A stretch of 64,000 nucleotides of DNA from Vicugna vicugna (Eukaryota). A model generated the notes under the pieces. The model worked only from the letters and a program-made list of their open reading frames with translations, made no database searches and was not told the DNA's origin. The stretch covers positions 482,872-546,871 of the forward strand of contig MU061579.1 of the NCBI GenBank assembly GCA_013265495.1, in the 5' to 3' direction. This document shows positions 49,746 to 62,593 of this stretch, piece after piece; positions within the stretch are counted from its first letter, which is position 1, and each line of letters opens with the position of its first letter. Made by a program: the position numbers and the translations under genes.

Positions 49746-52700
49746 AGAAATAGACTTTAAAGCTCTACCTTTCCTGACATTGGATCATACTATCCGCATT
49801 AGTCTGTTGTGTAGGTCACAATTTCCATCTCAAGATCTTTTAAATAGGTTTCCATTCTTCCTTACAATAAAGTGCTATATGTATTAGCTTTGCATTTTTG
49901 CATGAAATTTTCCTTTTGTTGGTAAAAATGGGTTTTACTTTTTTGCCTTTCCTATTTATAGAAACCCATACTTAACTCTACCAATAAAAGTTTCAAGACT
50001 TCTTCAAACACCAATGAATTTGCACTGGGGTTGGTATTTTCTCAGTGAAAACGTTCAGCCAATTCTAATAACATGTCAGTAGAGAGTTTAAATTTGTTCT
50101 TCCATATTCTGTATGATAAGTGATGCTAAAGGATGTATTCAAAAAGGTATGTGGGGTATACATCATGGGCATGATTCTGAAACCAGCTGATCTATAAATG
50201 CATTTGCTTTGCAGTTCGAATGTTGCCTGGATGCCTCCAGATGGATTTAGTGGACATTTTAAATCAGTTCTCTACACTGGTCTATCACTGCCTGGAGAGA
50301 AATCATGCAAAAGTTTATACAGTTTGAATCACTAATTTAAATCGGTTCTGAGAGAACATGTAGATATTTTTTCCACCTGTGCTCTTAAAGTTTCTTCCGT
50401 GTTTACTTACAAAATCACATATCACATAGTACTGGACATTTTCATTAACATGGATGTCTTCTCTGTTTATCTTAGAAGCAGGGACTAGGTTTATCTAATT
50501 CTAAATACACAGGAGACCACATACCCTTGTGCATTGCTGTTCTTGTTGTTGAGTAAACTCCTTGTTACTTGCTTGACCCATCCGTCTTATAGTTGCTCAG
50601 AGGCTAAGAAAGAAAAATGGAAAGAGACGCCAGGTGGCTTTTAGCATTCTACTTCCATGCAAAGTCAACACTGTGTTCTGCTTTACTGACATGGAATACT
50701 GCTTAACTTATGAACCAGATTTGATGGACAGACATATGTTCATAAAATTCACAAAAGTTTGCATGTGTGAATCAAATTGCAGATTTTTTAATTTGCTATT
50801 GCCTCTATGATGACATCTTTCCATCCAAAGGCCTTCTTTTGGATATCCAAAAAACGATACATGCTTCTCATCTGTGATGCCTTCCTTACCATCTTCATGT
50901 GGAGCTGAGCATCACAGTAGGTATCTGCAGGTGACACCTAAAGAGCATCAATCATACTAACTGGCATTTATTTATCTTCTTGTTCTTTTCCACGGCTTGA
51001 GTCCTTTGAGACAAGGACTTTGACTCAGCTACTATTGTATGTATCACATGCAAAAGAGTGGCTGACCTATTATAGACACCCCACAGGTGACATTAGTACT
51101 GAAATCTGCTTATTTTATTATATGCAAGTAATTAGGCAACCTCTTTCTCTGTGCCTTCTCCATAGGTTACTGCTGCTGTACCAAAGAAGACTCTTACAGA
51201 AACCCTGAGATGATAAGCTAGATGTTCCTCTATCAGAGGTTACCTCTGCTGCCTTGGGCAACTCATGCATGGGAAAGCATAAATCCTTCCAGCTAGGATC
51301 AGATGTATCTCTGTTGGTAGACAAAGCAGCTATTGGTTGAGCTTCTTTAATTATAAGTGGGTTCTGCAGGATCTATTATTATTGTGGTTATGAATACTAG
51401 GTTTTATAAGGGAGCGCAATAATTCTAACAAATTAAAGTGTGAAATAAAAAGCAGATATAGAAAAATTAGATCTGAGTGTAGAGTGTACACCTGTCTTTG
51501 TGACTGAGTACATAAAGGTACCACTTGAAACATTCTGCCCCTGCAAAACGATTTCAGAGGGATCATTGGGCTGTTTTTGTCTAAGTATGCTCACAGCTGC
51601 AGTTAAGGCAGGATGATGGAAATGATCAGCCTCAGGTCTGTAGCCATTCATCTCGAGCCCAGGATTCCAAGAGTTTGTAGCTATTATTATATCATATCTA
51701 GCAATTTACTCAAATGAAATCTTGCAGAAATTCCATATAATGTTTGAAATACATGAATTTAAGCTGTATAACCACATAGTGCACAGGATGAAAGGTACTG
51801 TAAGCTGTGATCTACACTACCTGAGCATTACAAGGTCTGTGTCAATGAAAAAAATCCATTCATGACTAATGGCTTCAGTTCTGGTATACCAAAGTCATCC
51901 TATTATCCACTGGTGATTGAATTGGTGGATAAATGATTTATCCTAGCTTCAGGGGCAATATATATTGAACTTGAAAATACTAAACTATTCATACATGTGA
52001 TTTGGTCATCAAAACAAAAACAAAATCATTGCTAACTAGTGCGAGGTGAAAGAAGATTCTTGAATGGTGTCTCTAATTTGAAAGTATTTAAACATCCCCA
52101 TGACTGACCAATTTTATATCTATGTATACATGTATGTATACATCATGCATTTGATATATTTGCCTAGCATATCATGCTCACAAAATCCATATTTGCTGAA
52201 TAAAATAAAAGGAATAGAAATGTTATGTGCATGAACTTTATGTTATTAATGCATTAAATATTAATCTGAAGCCATAGTGCAAAGAGGTTTTCTTCCTGCA
52301 AACAGAAATTATTACTTTTTTTACATTTACCTAGTAACTTTGTGTGCAAGTGTTTTCAGTAAGGATGGTTAGCACCTCTGAGAGAACATTCAATCTGCCT
52401 GGCTATCCAAGTAATAGCAAATTGAGGGTACAGATCATAGGATCTTAGTCCTGGATGGGAGCTCAGAAATAATTTAGTCTGCATAGATGAGGGCCCTTAG
52501 GTCCAGAGCTACTGAATAATTCATGTAAGTTCCCATAATTGCCTAGTGACAGAGCTGGGATTAGAACCCTTGTCAGCTGACACAGAACCCAGGGCCCTAT
52601 GTTTCCCCACCAATGACCCCTAGAAAATGACTACCAACATATCAGCATGACCTTGGTGACTTAAAATTCAGTTCTCAGACTATAACATGCTTATGGAAAT

Positions 52701-53459
52701 CGTAATCCAGAGGCTGCCCTAACGTTCATTTTTGTACAGTTAGCTTTAAAAAATTTGGGGAAATCTGGGGCTGTTCTTAGGAAAGGGACCTGTGAAGGGG
52801 GATTTCTGACTTTTCCCAAGGTCCTTAGGTGCCTGGAAGGGGCATTCTCGGGAGAGACTGATGTGCTATAAGTTTCTGTTCTATCACCGGCGAGAAGCAT
52901 GGGAGTTCACGGTCACACGGAACTCAGTGGGGTTATACCTGCTCCACAAAACAACGAGAGGTACTGAGGAAAGCATTGAGGTATGATGCTTCCCCAGTCT
53001 CCAGACCTGCTTTCTTAAGGCAGTGCTAGGGAGTGTGGGCTTTTAAAGGATCAGCTCTTGTAAGTAGTTTATAGCGTCAAGGTTACCCTAGAAAGCTCAG
53101 TGGGTGCCCCACTCATCAAGCTGCCTTCCCAGATGTTGCTAAGAAAAGACTGCCCTGACCAGCTGGCTAGAGGACTCAGGGGATCCATAGACTGTTCAAA
53201 GGAGACACCCAGTTGCTTAAGGAAGCAACATCTGGGTTTGTCACGATGTCAACTTACTAACATGAACTTCAGATTTATCTAAGAAGATACGCTTCTGAAG
53301 TTTTACTTTGTCAGTCATCCCAAACAGGGATGCAGTTCTCATTTTCTGCCTTGTCTTGTGACTATCAAAAGGGAGAGAAAACTGATTCAGATTATTTGCT
53401 ACCTTTTTTGGTACTTCAGTTTACTTTCTGCTAAGGGACATAGAGATGCAGTCTCGTTC

Positions 53460-53635
53460 AATCATTGCAATGATCTTAAGAAATTTTTAGCAATGCCTTA
53501 TTTTTGAAAATGTGGAAACAGAGACTGAGATATGGAAATGGCTAGCCTAAATTCTTTCCAAGAAGCTATGCAGGATTGAAATTCGAAAACAGGTCTGCCC
53601 CACTCTAAAGTTCATGCTTTTCCTACTGTACTGGG
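53460..53635 (-). mobile_element. MIR SINE
   Basis: 'tgtggaaacagagactgaga...attcgaaaacaggtctgcc...atgcttttcctactgtac'. Confidence 0.7.
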
Positions 53636-54460
53636 TGTTCCCTCCTATTCTTGTCCTTTTATTCGACATCTACCTGAGAAGACTGAATTACAGTCTCATA
53701 AAACTGTGGGGATACTAGCTCTGGTCTTTGAGATGGTACTCTTCTTACTCAGTTACAAGAGTATAGACACAATATTCCAGATGGGGAGATTGAAAGCAAG
53801 GTACGGCTGATAATCCATTGTCTTCCAAGCTCTCAGTGCAGCTTCAAGTGCAGGAAGAATATCTACAGAATTTGAAAATGATGACATGACATGCTTCATT
53901 TGCTGCTATAGCTATAAATCGTGGAATACCAAGTGGACACTTGGCCAAGACAGAAACAGGGGCATCTTGTCTTGCTCCTTTATACATACAGGTTGCTATG
54001 GTTACAGGAGGTACTGAATTGAGAGGGGCTTGAAGAAGCCACTCTAATATTTCAGTTCGTGGGATGTTAGTGAACGTTTCTCTTTCTGGGAACAGGTGGT
54101 AGAGTAACACCGTCTAGTGCACAGTGAACACAGTGTGACAAATAAAATATCGCCAGAGTGATTTTTTTGGTGAAATGTTTCTTTTTCTTTACCTTTTCCT
54201 TTGTATTATCCTATAATACAAAAAAGCTAAAGCTGTAAAGAGGAGAAAGTGTCCTGGCAACTGTGACAGTGTTACTCTCAAGATCACAGAGGGGAGAGTT
54301 GAGCTCAGTGGCCTGATTACATCCACAAAGCACTTTCTCTACAATTTGCTGCCTCTTCTTTCCTTAAATAGAACCCATAATTAAAACTACTTTGGGTTCA
54401 CTAAGGTTCACTAAATGGGTCTGAAGCTGGACTTTATAAATAAGCTTTTGTTGTTAAAGA

Positions 54461-54527
54461 ATATATATATATATTATATATATATTACATATATATATAG
54501 AATATATATAAAGAATATATAATATAT

Positions 54528-54567
<40 letters not shown>
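54461..54567. repeat. Imperfect (TA)n tract ending in perfect (AT)15
   Basis: Read directly; perfect alternation 54538-54567. Confidence 0.95.
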
Positions 54568-54570
<3 letters not shown>

Positions 54571-54719
54571 GCATTTCTATACCTCATCTGGGGATAGAAT
54601 CAGACAGCTGTTTTTTGTCCTTCCTTGTATTGAAATCAAACTTCCAAGCTTTGTATACAGTCAGATAATAGCTATATCGGAATAATTGTATTTTCTTTTA
54701 ATTAAAAAAAAATCACCTA

Positions 54720-54910
54720 TTCTAACCACTAGCATGCTGATTACAACAGTCGGGAAAATGGTAACATCTGACCTGCCCTTATCAATGTCCCAGCCAATTA
54801 AGAGGATTAATGCATTTCTTGTAGACATCAGGCGCGTGCCTATGGGAAGCAATGGTTATTGTTTTGAAAACTAAAGGGCTATAGGACACTGTCACAAGAT
54901 AAAGTCTGTG
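54720..54910. promoter_or_regulatory. Candidate enhancer
   Basis: TGACCT, CTTATC and AGATAA (GATA), CAATTA, GGATTA, TTAATGCAT, CTGTCA within about 190 bp of unique sequence. Confidence 0.35.
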
Positions 54911-55339
54911 TATGAACAGAAGAAATAGGTTAATTTAATTTAAACACCATCCTGATTTGTATTTCAAAATAAACAAGATGGTCTTTGGAAGAAAGCAGCA
55001 AAATGTTTGTAGGGGAAAATAGCATTTAGAGAAAAATGTAAATTATGCCATTTCTGAAAAGTAAGTGCATCATTTGATGCAATCTGAAGTGACCATTTCA
55101 CTTATCTGCATACGTTGTTTCATAAAATATATGGCTCCCAGATTTTAAAAAATAAAAATTTTTTAAAGGATGATAATTGAAGGAAAATTTGATCCTTCTA
55201 ACCCCAGCTAATTTGACAGCCTTATTAAAACTGAGGTCTCTAATGAACAGTCTAGATAGATAAAATCAGAGCACACTGGATGCAAAATATTCCTGTTAGA
55301 GTATAAGCACATGTACTTCAGAAACACAAGGTGTCCCTC

Positions 55340-55481
55340 CTTTTTTTAGTTTATTTTTGGGGGGTGGGGAGGTAATTGGGTTTATTATTTAATTATTCAT
55401 TTTATGGAGGTACTGGGGGATTGAACCCAGGACCTCGTGCATGCTAAGCATGTGCTCTACCACTGAGCTATACCCTCTCCC
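55340..55481 (-). mobile_element. tRNA-derived camelid-type SINE (vic-1-like)
   Basis: Reverse complement of the 43995 copy; TSD caaggtgtccctc (55327-55339) / caaggtgttcctc (55484-55496). Confidence 0.95.
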
Positions 55482-55549
55482 ACCAAGGTGTTCCTCTTTT
55501 TCACTCTTCCAGTTCCAGCACCCAGAAGAGGGACTTTTGTTTTATCTCC

Positions 55550-55975
55550 CCGACACCCTCTACTCTTTATTTTCCTTTAAAAACTGTTTCTTTCTTGGCT
55601 ACACAGAATGGGAAAATTCACTGAACTCATCTCTCCATGGTCCAAGGGATGGTCATATGACTCAAGACCAACTAGACTTCTTCCCTACGATTTTAAATTC
55701 TGTAATAAAAAGAATAGGAGATTTTCTTTGAAGGTGAAAAGCCGTTAGAATAAAAGAAAAAGACACCTACTGCCATAATTTTTGATGTTCAGAAGACATC
55801 CACACACATAAAGAGAACACAAAGCTGGTATGTGAAGTAGAGAGAAGAGACAGCCTGAACTAAAACCAAGTGCTAACTTCCAGTCAGCCCTCAGTGCTGC
55901 TCATCCTCCACTATGTCATCATTTGCTTACATGAGTTAAAATTTCCATTTTGTCTTAAGCTGACTCATTTTCTTA
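55550..55975 (+). mobile_element. Old MaLR LTR (MLT1J/K-like)
   Basis: 'gggatggtcatatgactcaagaccaa', 'ttacatgag...ttccattttgtcttaagct'. Confidence 0.55.
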
Positions 55976-56803
55976 AATTGTAATAGACATTTTTCTTGAC
56001 TAAAACCACAGTGTCTACTTCTTCTAATAAGGGGATGTGAGATCCAAGAAAAATCTCCTCACCTTCTCCACATCTCATGTTCCTATCTGTAAAATGAAAG
56101 TGTGGCTCTGAATAATTTGTAACTCTTATAGTCTGATTCCCCTCGAGCAATGGGTCTGTAAAACTTGTCTCATGTTTGGTTGCCACAAGTGTGACTGATG
56201 ATTAGGGTATAAAACAAATTGTCCTTGCATTATCCCATCTGTTTGCAGTCATTTTCAATTCTGATATCTCTGCTTCTCAACTGTTTCTCTCACTGAAGAA
56301 GCAGTTACCAAAACTTTACTCACAATGTGGAACTCAAAACTAACCTCTACTTTCTCCATTCCAGGCCTAAGGCTGATGTAGGAGGATCATGAGGGCTTCT
56401 AAACGATTGTCCAACAAAGCGGACTCCCAAACTTCCAACTTAGGCAGTTATTCTCAAAATTTTCTACAGAAATGTCCTGAATAGCAGGAGAGTTAAATAT
56501 GTTTTCTGCGGGGTTCTAGAGCTGTGTGAACAGGAAATAAACTATTGCAAGGACAAAATGTATTTTAAGCTAGAGACTTGGCTTTAAAGCATCTGACATA
56601 TTGTATATTCTATTCAGTAATACAAAAGCAGTGCTGTAATTTACTTAAAGTGAAGGAAAATGCATGCTTCAGATGGATACACCATGTTTAACTTTTCATA
56701 TCCTGAATATCATAATCCACTGGTGATTGAGAAGCACAGGCTGTTAGTACTGATGGCTCCTATTAACATGTTTTCTGAAAGTGAAATCATATAAAGCCAG
56801 CAG

Positions 56804-57316
56804 TGTTACCGAGTCCAAACTTGTTCTGCTCACACAACAGGCCAATAAATCAGGGGACAAGGTGTTGGGGCAAGGAATAAGGACTTTATACAAAAAGCTG
56901 GCAGACCGAGAAAATGGCAGACTAACGTTCTGGAGAACCATCTTCCCCAAGTCAGAATTCAGGCTTCTTTTATACTAAAAGGGGGAGGGGGTGTAGTTGA
57001 TTGTTGCAAACTTCTTGGTGTTGGAATCCTTTGTTCTTGCAGCTGTCCAAGTAGGTCAGGTCATGATGTTCTTATAAATTTCCAACAAGACAAAAGTTAT
57101 TCTGTATTCTACAACTTTTTGTCTCTGTGTGAATGGAAACGTGTTATACCCTTAAAGGTCAGAGCCTTGAGAATGGACTATTCTGTACATTTCAGGCTAT
57201 AGGCAACATGCTTTTACAAAAGGTTCACAACCAGCATGACTAAGTATAGAAAACAGAGCACAGGGTTAGAGCAAATGGAGCAGATCTCACATTGACTGTT
57301 ATTCTTCCCTGTTGCA
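56804..57316 (-). mobile_element. ERV1-class solo LTR (tentatively a cetartiodactyl MER41-like family)
   Basis: 513 bp, TG...CA termini with short inverted ends (tgttac / gttgca); minus-strand TATAAAA at 56968-56974; degenerate polyA signal near 56885. Confidence 0.8.
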
Positions 57317-58687
57317 AGAAATACATATTAACAGAAGCTTGAATCATCTCATCAGGCTTTCTTCATTCAATTTTAAAGAGAATGGAAAACACAACAGATA
57401 AATTTGAAGAAATGGAAGAGCTCAGGAAAAGTTCAAAGCATTAAGCAAACTCAAAAGGATACTTAAATACCCAGAGGGCAGCTTCAAAGCAGGGAGTAGC
57501 TGAAGATAAAACAGCAGAAGTGAAAAGAATTGCTCACGTGGGGTGGTGTTGCAGTGGTACCCAAAGCATCTCTTACTATCCCAGGAAAAGAGTGAATAGT
57601 AGCTCTGACAAAAATATGTGGTAGCATCAGAGAAGACAGAATCTTCAGAAGCTTGGAGAAACAGAGTGATCCTGAGGCAAACAGGGGTTCCTGGGGCTGG
57701 ACTGCAGAGAAACCTGTCTATGGAGAATGAGAGCTACCACTTTCTTTTCAGAAACTTGCTTATTTTTACTTATCACGTGGCATTAACAGATTGCTGCCTA
57801 ACTTTGGACATTTTAAAAGGAGAGGAACTTTTCTATCAGTTCTGATATGATAATTGTAGAAAATACATCCTTTAATTGAACATCCTTTAATTGAATCACT
57901 TGGCCAGGATTCCAAATAACAAAATGTCTATTATGCTATTCTCTGCACAATAGAAGTTACGCAACATGTTTCTTTTTAGAAGAGAGAAGAAAAAGTAAAA
58001 ACCACTCCCAGATGACCACTTTTCACTTCTATTTTATCGAGAAAGGTGAGGAACATGCATAAAATACATGTTCTTGAATTTATCTCCATTGGGTGCAGAG
58101 AGAAAAGAGCTCATTATTCTTCTAATGGGCAGATTTGATTTTATTGACACCCTAGCAGTACGTCAATCGTTCAGTGTATCTCCCTAGGCTGTAGTCTTAC
58201 AGACTTCCTTTTCTTCTGTTTTTTTTTTTTTCACTTAGCAATTCTTGGTACATTTCCAGGGATGTCTCTTTATGTAATCTTACAATCCACTTCTGAAATA
58301 ATAACTATAATTTCAAAGATAACAGTTCATTACGTGCTCTGTCTACCACATAAGCATGTCTAATTATTTGTAAATGGACCACACCTTGCACATATTAGGT
58401 ACTAAACACATAAATTCAGTTTAAAAACTATATCAAGTAATACATTCTGGTGAGGGTAGGCATTTCTTTTTTAATTCACTTTGTGTCTCCATGGACTGGC
58501 TCTGTGCCTCACATCCAGCAGGTATGAAACAAATGCTTGTTGAATAATAAATGAATGAATAAATTAATGATTAGATGGATTAATTAATAGGTAAATAGTT
58601 GTAACTACTAAAAATTTTGATGAACGCATAGAGTTATAGAATTTAATTGCCAAGTGAGATCATTTAGTTCTACCAAAATCTGACCTG

Positions 58688-59190
58688 GTGACCAGAACAA
58701 TGGCCTTAAAGATGCTGAAGTCTTATTTCTCCAAAACCTACGAATACGTTACCTTACATAGCAAAAGGGACTTGGCAGATGTCAGTTAAGGATTTGACAG
58801 GAAGAGAATCCTTGATTATCCAGGTGAGCCTAATATAACCACAAGGGTCCTTAAAAGAGGGAGGCTGCATGTCAGAAACAAAAAAGGCCATATGACCATA
58901 GAAGCAGAAACAGGGAGAGATTTGAAGATGCCTCCTTACTATCTTTGAGGATGGAAGAAGGGGGCAAGATCCAAGGAATGCTGGGAGCCTTTAGAGGCTG
59001 GGGAAGACAAGAAAACAGATCATCTTTAGAGCTTCTAGGAAAAAAAAAACCAGCCCTGCTGACACCTTGACATTAGCATGGTGAGATTTATTTTTGGACT
59101 CTGACCTCCAGAACTGTAAGATAGTAAATTTGTGTTGTTTAAAGCATTCAGCATGTGGCAATTTGTTACAGCAACAACAGGTATTGAGTA
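58688..59190 (+). mobile_element. MaLR solo LTR, MLT1D-like
   Basis: 'gttaccttacatagcaaaagggactt', 'gattatccaggtg', 'ccaaggaatgc', 'gacctccagaactgtaagata', 'aatttgttacagca'. Confidence 0.9.
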
Positions 59191-62100
59191 GTCCTACTCA
59201 GTGGGTCTGGAATAAAGTCAGGAACCTGAAATTTACCAAGTACCCTCAGTATCTCTGAGGCAGTAATTATCTGGGAAACCCTGATATATTTCGTGACACC
59301 CATTTTGTACTTGAAAAGAACCACAATGTTAAGATCTCAACAGCATTAGTATAGACATAAGTTCAATTTATCATGTTCCAAAAACATGTTTGGAAAAACA
59401 AACCAGAAAAAAAGCCCTAAACTATTAACAGTGTATTTTGTAGATAGATATTGATTTTTTCCCCCTGCTTTTACAAAGAGAACAATGGCCAGCACATGTT
59501 TTCACAGGGGGTGTTCGGGATAATACCCTCTATGCATTGTTTCAAGCAGAAATTCTCTGTCTCTCATTTCTGCTGTATTATTTTACATCTTTCAAAGACG
59601 CTCACATTTCACCGCAGGGAGCCAAAGCTGGTCTGTGTTAACATCTCTAACTGCAAACCATGGTGATGTTTACTTTCCTTTCTCTTGAGTAGACTGTTGG
59701 TGGTTTTCTCTATCTCCTTCTGTGAAGAGTATGATAAACATGTGGTGTGAGCACATATTTTTCTGTCTTCTTTAAATTATGTTACTAAATTATACTAACT
59801 GTGGCTTCATTAAATACATAGGACACATTTGGAGTTTTAACAATTTTAGAGCCATTCAGTAGGCATGTTAGTACTGCTTGTTTTCTAAAAATATTAAAAT
59901 TAAGGATGGAATTCTAATGTGCATTAGTAACTTAGTATAAATCTAGGCTACAAATAGAAAAGGGAAAAATTATAATTCACCAAGGGAATTCTCAGAAATG
60001 ACTCTTTCAAAATGATAGAATTTTAAAGCAGGTGTTGGGAAGACATCCTATATTCTTACATCTAGTTTTTTCTTTCCATTTAACAATCAGTGTAATTATT
60101 ACTGTTTAATTCTTTTAAATTTGACATTGTTCTAATGTGTGCTCTTATATGAACATTTCCTTTGGCGCTTCATCTCACACTATCTCTCTTTAAAAAGCAA
60201 GTTTCTCTATAGGGACAAATTTTACTATGGCTGCCCGATTTCCTCCTTTCAGCATGACTATTCAGCAGGTAAACTCTGAGACTCTGTGTGTATTTTTTTC
60301 AATTTGTCTACAGAAAAATAATGGACTCAGAGACACACAGTTGTAAGGGCCTGTGGTTGTCATTTATGCTGCTTCCCATCCAAGATTTAAAGCCTTGATT
60401 TTAGTGACTACATGGAAAATTGAAATCCCATTTACAAGATTTCAAGGACCCTCACTATTAAACTGAGATCCTCAGCCTTTTTGCTGGTATATTGTTATTG
60501 TTGGAGACATTAAGCAACTAGACCTCTCTTGGGGACTGACTGTAGCTGCTTCACACCCGGATTAATAATGAGGGAAGGAAATTTTCCCTGGTTTTGTCAA
60601 TGAGACTCTGGAGCACTCTCTCTGTTTTCCTTATGCCTGCTTTAGTGACTACAGAGGTTTTTCTTGCCAGATATACACACAGTAGCAAAAACTGAAGCCT
60701 CTCTCTTAGCTAATGAGCAGCAAAATATAAGCTTGGGACCGTCTCTATGGAAACTTTTGAATACGGTGACTTACCAGTGCTGAATGTGTTTGAGGTGACA
60801 ATTCTCATAGAAGGCAGATTGTCACAAATGGGAGATGGTAAGACTGTATGAGAGCTACTAAATTTACCTCTGCCTCAGTTTCCATCACTGGAAAGGCATC
60901 GTCATCTAATTCACAGTCATCAGGATTAATGAGTAATCTAAATTATATTAAATTTCTCAGGGATAGGCATTATATAAATAGGAAGCACTCTATTCAATGG
61001 GCAAAAAATTCAAGAAAGGAAGGCTAAACCTAATATATAACATGTGGTCTCAGATGTAAGTAATTGACCACAAATCAGGCCTTTGGGCCAATTACTGGCC
61101 ATCCAATCTGTGTCATTTGAAAAAAATTGTACAGAACATCCTTTCTTCACTTGCAAAATTTGCTTTTACATGAAGTAGATAATTTAGCACCAAATAAGAA
61201 TATAGTCCCATTTCCTCCATGTATCACTGCAGACTGCTAAAAAAAGAATTATATTAAATTGGTAGTCAGAATCTTTCCTCAAATGATAATTGGATCTCAG
61301 ATTCAGAGGACACCATTCAATTGGAAAGAAATGGCCAGAAGAAACATAAAGCCTCTGTACATATAATATTTTATATATAATATAAAATATTGTATATTTT
61401 CTTAAATATTACATCAAGTTCACTCCACAGAGGGAGAAAACATTGATCCAAAACATGTATCTGATATTATGCTTTAAAATGCCACGTGTAAATTGTTTAT
61501 ATTTCTGTTATTCATGCTGTGAAGTCTACTTACAGACAGTAAGAATTATTATTATTATTAATTTTTACGGAATTGTCCATTGAATGCACAGTACTCTGCT
61601 AAGATATTTTGATGGACTTGGTGTAGAGAAACAATAAGGGCAAAAGTTATCTGGACCCTTTGTCATAATCAGTATGCTATTGTTAGTCTTATATAAGAAC
61701 GCCTCCATAGTTAAGAATTTGTGTATTTATCAAGTAATATTCAGACTTTTAGAATATGCATACAAACTGTGATCCGAATAAAACTAGTACTCAAGATGGA
61801 AAAGAAGTAGACTCACGTAGAAAGCCTTCATAGTTTGTCACTGGGGATTTTGGTAGGAAAGTTATTAATATAGATATTTGTTTATCAGGGAGCTCTTCAT
61901 TGAATTGAGAGCTATAAGCTACGAGGAATATTTTACTGGAAATATACCTGCAAGAAGCTCTATGCATTTTCCAAACAAAGAAAATAAACATCACTTATCT
62001 GGAAAACAGGTTGAAGATAAGTTCTAGCATGATAAGATATATTTAAAGCACTAAAGACAAATCAGAACAACACATGATCCCCAAATAGAATTGAACACTT

Positions 62101-62469
62101 TTTGGCTAGATATGATTCTAAAAACTCTTGCCTAAATGATTCAGACTGGATTTGTGTGATTTCCCCTATGTCCTCTTCATGACCACCGGGAAGTCTTGTA
62201 GATCCCAGGGAAACATAAATTGAGTTAAGTGAGTTCACAAATTCCACTAAGACCTGTGTGTTGTCCAGGATGGTTGGTATTTCAACCCAGATAATTATGT
62301 AGTATAAATTATGGAAGGTGAGAGAAGGAATAAAATGAACATATTCAACAAAAGCTCCCCATGTTTCATGGGGTAAATACAATCTCTGGGATTCTATTTG
62401 TAAGTAAACATTTTACAAATTCTTTTATCCAGAAATATTTTGTTTCTGAATTAACTCTATATATGTCCC

Positions 62470-62502
62470 TGTGCACGCATGCGCGCGCGCACACACACAC
62501 AT
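62470..62502. repeat. 33-bp perfect purine-pyrimidine alternation including (GC)5(AC)5
   Basis: tgtgcacgcatgcgcgcgcgcacacacacacat. Confidence 0.9.
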
Positions 62503-62593
62503 CTCAAACAGTTTATATTATTCTAAATATATGCCCGGAATTGTGCTAAGCATTTTATGTGTATATTTATTGCATTCTTTACATCTAGGAAGT

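Noticed and set aside
52690..53100. GC-richer block, possible old LTR
   Set aside because: No termini or family features I could identify
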